Of a stretch of 22,654 nt of DNA, positions 18,629-22,654 are shown one piece after another; the stretch's first letter is position 1, and every line of letters begins with the position of its first letter. Position numbers and translations under genes: made by a program. The stretch comes from Deltaproteobacteria bacterium TL4 (GTDB lineage: Bacteria > SAR324 > NAC60-12): contig JBBCAX010000408.1 of assembly GCA_051382335.1 (NCBI GenBank), forward strand, positions 1-22,654, given 5' to 3'. The notes under the pieces were generated by a model that saw only the letters and a list, made by a program, of their open reading frames with translations, searched no databases and was not told the DNA's origin.

Positions 18629-18719
18629 TTATGGGATGTCCTCACAATTTGCAGGGTTATTTGTTAGAACCAGTATCACAGACTATCAAGGTCATGATGC
18701 TCCTGACTTAAAGCTTCAT
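18629..18719 (-). pseudogene. Possible 5' stub of a deleted gene that followed the second TolC
   Basis: GAGGG-cc-ATG at 18719 reads MKL*VRSIMTLIV/(frameshift)VILVLTNNP, resembling an N-terminal membrane anchor. It is too short to assign. Confidence 0.3.
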
Positions 18720-20103
18720 GGCCCTCACTCAAAACAGATTGCCCCAATAACTTCCGCAACTGAAGCTGCTTTTCCAGCACCATTCGGTGTGCCGCATGAA
18801 ACTGGGTTTGTAGTTGCAGCAGAGTTTCCTGTGAGCGTAACAACATCACCAGATCGGTTTTACCTGAGGCGTACTCCGCAGTACCTACCTGAATCACCTG
18901 CTTGGCTTTGGGAAGGATGGTCTGTTTATAGAGCGTGACTTCCCTCAAACCTTTATTAACATCTCTGACAACCTCCTGTATTTCCACAAATAAACGATTT
19001 TTTTCCGCTTCGTATTCATATTTTGCGGCATCCTGTTTGAGTTGGAGTTCTTTCAAATAGGCCGCACCTTGCCCAAAAAAAGCAGAGGGAGGAGGTGTTT
19101 CTGCCATAGAGGTGGTCTTCATTTCATTGGAACTGAGGGGATTACTCAGGGCTAAGGCCGGAGAAAGACCTGGAATCAAAACCTCTTTTTCGAGTGCTAC
19201 TAATTGTTCCAAGCGTTGAAACCGGATTTGCTTAAGCTGCAAGGTAAGTTCCTGTTCATTGACTTCGGGAACACTGATTTTTTGATTCACTGAGGGCTCT
19301 GCATGTGCGGCATCATATTTCCATTGCCACGACAATAGCGTAGGGAAATTCATCATGCTATCGAGTTTAGCCCTGAGCGTTTCCAGTTCATCCTGCACGG
19401 TTTTGCGTTCTTCTTCCAGTTCTTCACGCTGCACTTCGATGCTTAAAACCTCGGAAAAACTGTTCTTTCCAGTGCTGTAATTGGACGAAATGGTTTTATG
19501 AATATTACTCAGAAGCTGAAGATTTTCCTGAATCGCACTCAAACGTTCCTGTTCAAATTGTGCTTCAAAATAAAGGTTCTGAACCTCGATCCACAAATCG
19601 CGCAATTCGATTTGATACATAACGGAGGCTTCGGTAATATCCATGGCGGTAATTTTATTTTGCAGACTCAAGACCCCCGGAAAAGGATATTGTTGCTGTA
19701 GCGTTTCTTTGCTGTTGTTACCCATCCCGGTAGGCTGACTCAGATATTGGCCATAAACACCCAAGGTGTCCATCAACCCCTCCAGTTGTGAGTATTCCTG
19801 AATGGCGGCATCCCATTGCCTGCGCATCATGTTAAGGTGCGGATGTCGTTTCCATACCAACGCCAACGCGGTTTCCATGCCCAGCGGTTGCTGCTCCAAC
19901 GATTTCAAAATTTCCTGTTCAGTAGCCGCCATGAGTTTTTTTACAGCTTCGTTCCAGTGAACAGGAACTTCTTCACTGCGCTGACGTTCCAGCAATACCT
20001 GTGCCTTGTGCTCTGGCAAAGGAGACTGCGCTCCAAGCAGGGTTGGGATCAACAAAAGCACACTCAGAAAGAACCATTTGCCGTCAAATAAGGGGAATTT
20101 CAT
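18676..20103 (-). CDS. TolC-family outer membrane efflux protein (CusC/CzcC-like), second copy
   Basis: Signal peptide, LQQQYPFPGVLSL, YSTGKNSFSEVL, LYKQTILPKAKQ and YASGKTDLVMLL form two OEP repeats. SD AAGGAG. Confidence 0.85.
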   Translation of the reverse strand: MKFPLFDGKWFFLSVLLLIPTLLGAQSPLPEHKAQVLLERQRSEEVPVHWNEAVKKLMAATEQEILKSLEQQPLGMETALALVWKRHPHLNMMRRQWDAAIQEYSQLEGLMDTLGVYGQYLSQPTGMGNNSKETLQQQYPFPGVLSLQNKITAMDITEASVMYQIELRDLWIEVQNLYFEAQFEQERLSAIQENLQLLSNIHKTISSNYSTGKNSFSEVLSIEVQREELEEERKTVQDELETLRAKLDSMMNFPTLLSWQWKYDAAHAEPSVNQKISVPEVNEQELTLQLKQIRFQRLEQLVALEKEVLIPGLSPALALSNPLSSNEMKTTSMAETPPPSAFFGQGAAYLKELQLKQDAAKYEYEAEKNRLFVEIQEVVRDVNKGLREVTLYKQTILPKAKQVIQVGTAEYASGKTDLVMLLRSQETLLQLQTQFHAAHRMVLEKQLQLRKLLGQSVLSEGHEALSQEHHDLDSL

Positions 20104-20118
20104 AAAGCTCCTTGTTTC

Positions 20119-21345
20119 CTAAAGATGTCCGCCGCTCAAGGCTTCCAGTTCAGCCAGAGCTTTGAGATAATCAACCTGAGCCTGAACGTAGCTGATACGA
20201 AAATTAAGCAGAACATTGCGTGTCTCCAGAACGGCCATAGCTTCCTGTTGCTGTGCCCTGAAGGCTTGCTCTGCAACCGCATAAGAACGCTCCGCTTGGG
20301 GTAAAAGCGATTCCTGGAACAAGATTTTCAAGCGTTGGGCATTAAGGACCTGGTAATACATCTGGGTCGCTTCCTGTCTCAAATCATAGTTTTTTTGCTG
20401 GTATCTCAACACAGCCATTTGATCGGTCAACTGCGCTTGCTGAGTCAGTGCTGGATTACGTGAACTGAGAAAAGGCAAATTCAGGCCGACCTTCAACATC
20501 GTGTCTGTTTTTTCTGCATCCTGGCTGTAAGTGACGCCTAATGTCGCGGCTGGAAAGTAATTACGAGCTTTTGCGGATTCAGCGCGAGACCGGGTCTGGG
20601 ATCGTTGAGCCTCAATTTGTGCCAATTCAGGATTTTTTTGCAATACCAAGTTCACGACCTCTTCCAGTTTTTTATTGAAAACAGGGGCAGAAGGTATTTC
20701 GACCGCTCCTATCAGTGAGGTCGAATCACGTCCCAACAAAGTATTCAGCCGAACTTTGGCGCTGATGAGTCGTTCGCTGGTCAACACCAGATCATAAGCA
20801 TTTTGTCCTGCTTGAGCCTGCGCTTTGAGCACACTTTGAAGTGTTGTACCGGAATCTTTCATATCTGCGGTTCCCAAGGTTGCCAAGCGTTCAATCACTT
20901 CCTGATTTTCTTTTAGCAGTTCGAGAACTTCTGCTAATTTCCAGATTTCGTAGCAGGTCCGCTTGACCTCCATCTGCAACTGGAGTTTTTCTTGATCCTC
21001 ATTTTTTTGCGCGGCCTGAACACCAGCTTGAGCGGCCTGCTCCATCGCATCCGATTCACCCCAGTAAGGTAGCATTTGAGAAAAGCTGACGGAGGACTTC
21101 ATCCCTAGTTCCAGCATCAATTCAGGATCGCCCCAACTCCGAGCTTGACTGGACTCTGTTTGAGCATCCTGAACCATTAAGCCCGCAATTTTTTGGTTGG
21201 GATTATGCTCAAGCGCCTCTTCCAGCAAAGTCTGAAGCGTTACAGGTTTTTCTTCCGATTTTGAGATTGAGGGCTCCAGTACCAAAAACAATCCCACCAA
21301 CAGAAAGCCTGTCCATCGGAAATAGAATCGTAATGAAGTTTTCAT
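20119..21345 (-). CDS. TolC-family outer membrane efflux protein (CusC/CzcC-like), first copy
   Basis: Signal peptide, TLQTLLEEALEHNP, SFSQMLPYWG, LNTLLGR, NPELAQ, VGLNLPF, SLLPQAERS and ALAELEALSG. Confidence 0.9.
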   Translation of the reverse strand: MKTSLRFYFRWTGFLLVGLFLVLEPSISKSEEKPVTLQTLLEEALEHNPNQKIAGLMVQDAQTESSQARSWGDPELMLELGMKSSVSFSQMLPYWGESDAMEQAAQAGVQAAQKNEDQEKLQLQMEVKRTCYEIWKLAEVLELLKENQEVIERLATLGTADMKDSGTTLQSVLKAQAQAGQNAYDLVLTSERLISAKVRLNTLLGRDSTSLIGAVEIPSAPVFNKKLEEVVNLVLQKNPELAQIEAQRSQTRSRAESAKARNYFPAATLGVTYSQDAEKTDTMLKVGLNLPFLSSRNPALTQQAQLTDQMAVLRYQQKNYDLRQEATQMYYQVLNAQRLKILFQESLLPQAERSYAVAEQAFRAQQQEAMAVLETRNVLLNFRISYVQAQVDYLKALAELEALSGGHL

Positions 21346-21353
21346 ATTTTTTC

Positions 21354-21566
21354 CTAATTACGGTATTGAGCAAACACTTTGGTTTATCCTTGTGAATCAA
21401 AGGAAACCACATTCAATGAATCTTTCTTAGTTCCTCTCCATCCCAGGAGATCCAAGAGGCATTCCAGGAACGGCAATTCCGGCAAGGTCAGGTCGTTTGG
21501 TAATAATCATTTAATCTCTTTCTCCGGGACATGTCCCTCCACAACGTATCCTTCAACAAGCCTAGT
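21354..21566 (-). pseudogene. copG: CopG / DUF411 copper-binding protein pseudogene (C-terminal half only)
   Basis: Manual translation gives TRLVEGYVVEGHVPEKEIK*LL/KRPDLAGIAVPGMPLGSPGME/GTKKDSLNVVSFDSQG*TKVFAQYRN*. GYVVEGHVP and AVPGMPxGSPGME are DUF411 signatures. It has two internal stops, two frameshifts and no N-terminus. Confidence 0.88.
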
Positions 21567-21573
21567 TTCCCCT

Positions 21574-22050
21574 TCACGAACCCTCCAGAAAACAATCGGA
21601 AAGACTGGGGTCCTTTAATAAAATATTCTCAACTTGCGAAAAAACAGTTTGGCTGCGCTGGGGAAGCGTTAATGGCTGTGTCTCATTGAAGAGAACACGG
21701 TAATGACGCTGAATTTCCAGAGCAAAAGCAGGATAAGACTTCGTGGGACAACCCATTAACTGTCCCCATGCTTCCAAGTGAGTTCCTCCTCCTTGAGCCG
21801 CTTCTTGTTCAAGGTTTGCCATAGATTCCTCAAGAAACTTCTTTATCAGAAGAGCTTGTTGTTCCTCGTGACATCCATGAGGCCCCCACGCACAGGGAGA
21901 ACTGGAACTTGAAACCGCATGAGAAGACATCATGATTCCCATCATCCAAGGCCAGAAATAAGGTGCTCCTTGTACCTCCCGATTCCCTATCCCTACATAA
22001 AAGCTGACTACGATTACTGCCCATCGGCAAAATTTCCATTGAGTTTTCAT
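21574..22050 (-). CDS. Exported DUF3015-like protein with a Met/His/Cys-rich N-terminal segment
   Basis: Signal-like N-terminus. FLEESMANLEQEAAQGGGTHLEAWGQLMGC...FALEIQRHYRVLF...L..DPSLSDC matches the DUF3015 C-terminal pattern. Confidence 0.75.
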   Translation of the reverse strand: MKTQWKFCRWAVIVVSFYVGIGNREVQGAPYFWPWMMGIMMSSHAVSSSSSPCAWGPHGCHEEQQALLIKKFLEESMANLEQEAAQGGGTHLEAWGQLMGCPTKSYPAFALEIQRHYRVLFNETQPLTLPQRSQTVFSQVENILLKDPSLSDCFLEGS

Positions 22051-22125
22051 AATTGCTCTTCCCGCATCAGATTAAACCAAGCCGAACCCTAGTGCAAATG
22101 AATTTCTTACCTGTTTGGCGTATAG

Positions 22126-22551
22126 CTATTTCAATGCGGATTCTGGCACAGGAACCGTCTGAAGTGTTTTGATAAAATTGACCACATGCCAAATATCCTC
22201 TTCTTTCAAGACAGAGTTCCAGGCGGGCATGGCGCTAAAGCCGTTTGTGATTCTCCACGCTAATTCTCCATCTGCGCGAGTTTTTGCCATTTCGAGCAAA
22301 TTAGCAGGTTTGGGATTGAAGCCCGCAGCGGCGGGTCCATCACCTCTTCCTTCCTTTCCATGACACGAAACACAGTTTTCATTAAAAACAAGGCTTCCTC
22401 TGACCACCGATTCCGGAGTTTGGGCAATGGGATTTGGCCGCTTGGCCATTTCCGCTGGAACCGTTGTTACGGGCATACAATGGGTGCCGCCCATTCCATG
22501 CATCATCCCCATCATAGGCTGCTGTCCCACGGCTTTCTCATAAAAAACCAA
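22126..22551 (-). CDS. Monoheme c-type cytochrome with a Met-rich N-terminus; 5' end apparently disrupted
   Basis: NPIAQTPESVVRG, CVSCHG (CxxCH), GRGDGPAA, PKPANL, DGELAWRITNG, axial Met in AMPAW and DIWHVVNFI. No intact signal peptide in frame. Confidence 0.88.
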   Translation of the reverse strand: MVFYEKAVGQQPMMGMMHGMGGTHCMPVTTVPAEMAKRPNPIAQTPESVVRGSLVFNENCVSCHGKEGRGDGPAAAGFNPKPANLLEMAKTRADGELAWRITNGFSAMPAWNSVLKEEDIWHVVNFIKTLQTVPVPESALK

Positions 22552-22654
22552 CTTGACAAAGTATATTCATAAAAAAGGGTTCGGAGTCCCTGCAATTATC
22601 AAGATTCTCTTTCATATTTTTCCCACCAAACTTTTTAAAAACACCAAGAACACA

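Noticed and set aside
18603..18938. 111-aa plus-strand ORF
   Set aside because: Mostly antisense to TolC, TTG start, no motif.
21379..21618. 79-aa plus-strand ORF in the TolC-DUF3015 gap
   Set aside because: The gap is explained by the minus-strand CopG pseudogene.
21507..22569. Selenocysteine or stop-codon recoding of in-frame TGAs in copG and the cytochrome c leader
   Set aside because: They occur with frameshifts and TAA stops, lie at non-Cys positions, and TGA ends normal genes here (pgsA, pheT). Decay is the simpler explanation.
1..22654. CRISPR array, tRNA/rRNA, integrase or transposase
   Set aside because: No regularly spaced direct repeats, RNA gene signatures or recombinase ORFs seen by eye.

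Overview
Bacterial chromosomal window of moderate GC. Gene content suggests a Gram-negative deltaproteobacteria-like lineage, possibly SAR324 (inference only). The left part is housekeeping: pgsA-larC-hslV-hslU on the minus strand, divergent hemA-hemC, smc, an orphan and atypical pheT, and dgkA. Accessory genes include a stand-alone REC-PAS regulator ending in a ChiS-like DNA-binding domain, a DUF2179/UPF0316 membrane protein, a protein made of two ~110-aa repeats and an orphan periplasmic binding protein. The right ~4 kb (18.6-22.6 kb, minus strand) looks like a decaying copper-resistance operon. It holds a Met-rich cytochrome c with a broken signal peptide, a DUF3015-like protein, a CopG/DUF411 pseudogene missing from the ORF track, two tandem TolC/CusC channels and a possible stub of the next gene. 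Several different REP/MITE-like palindromic elements sit in intergenic gaps. No rRNA, tRNA, CRISPR array or transposase was seen.
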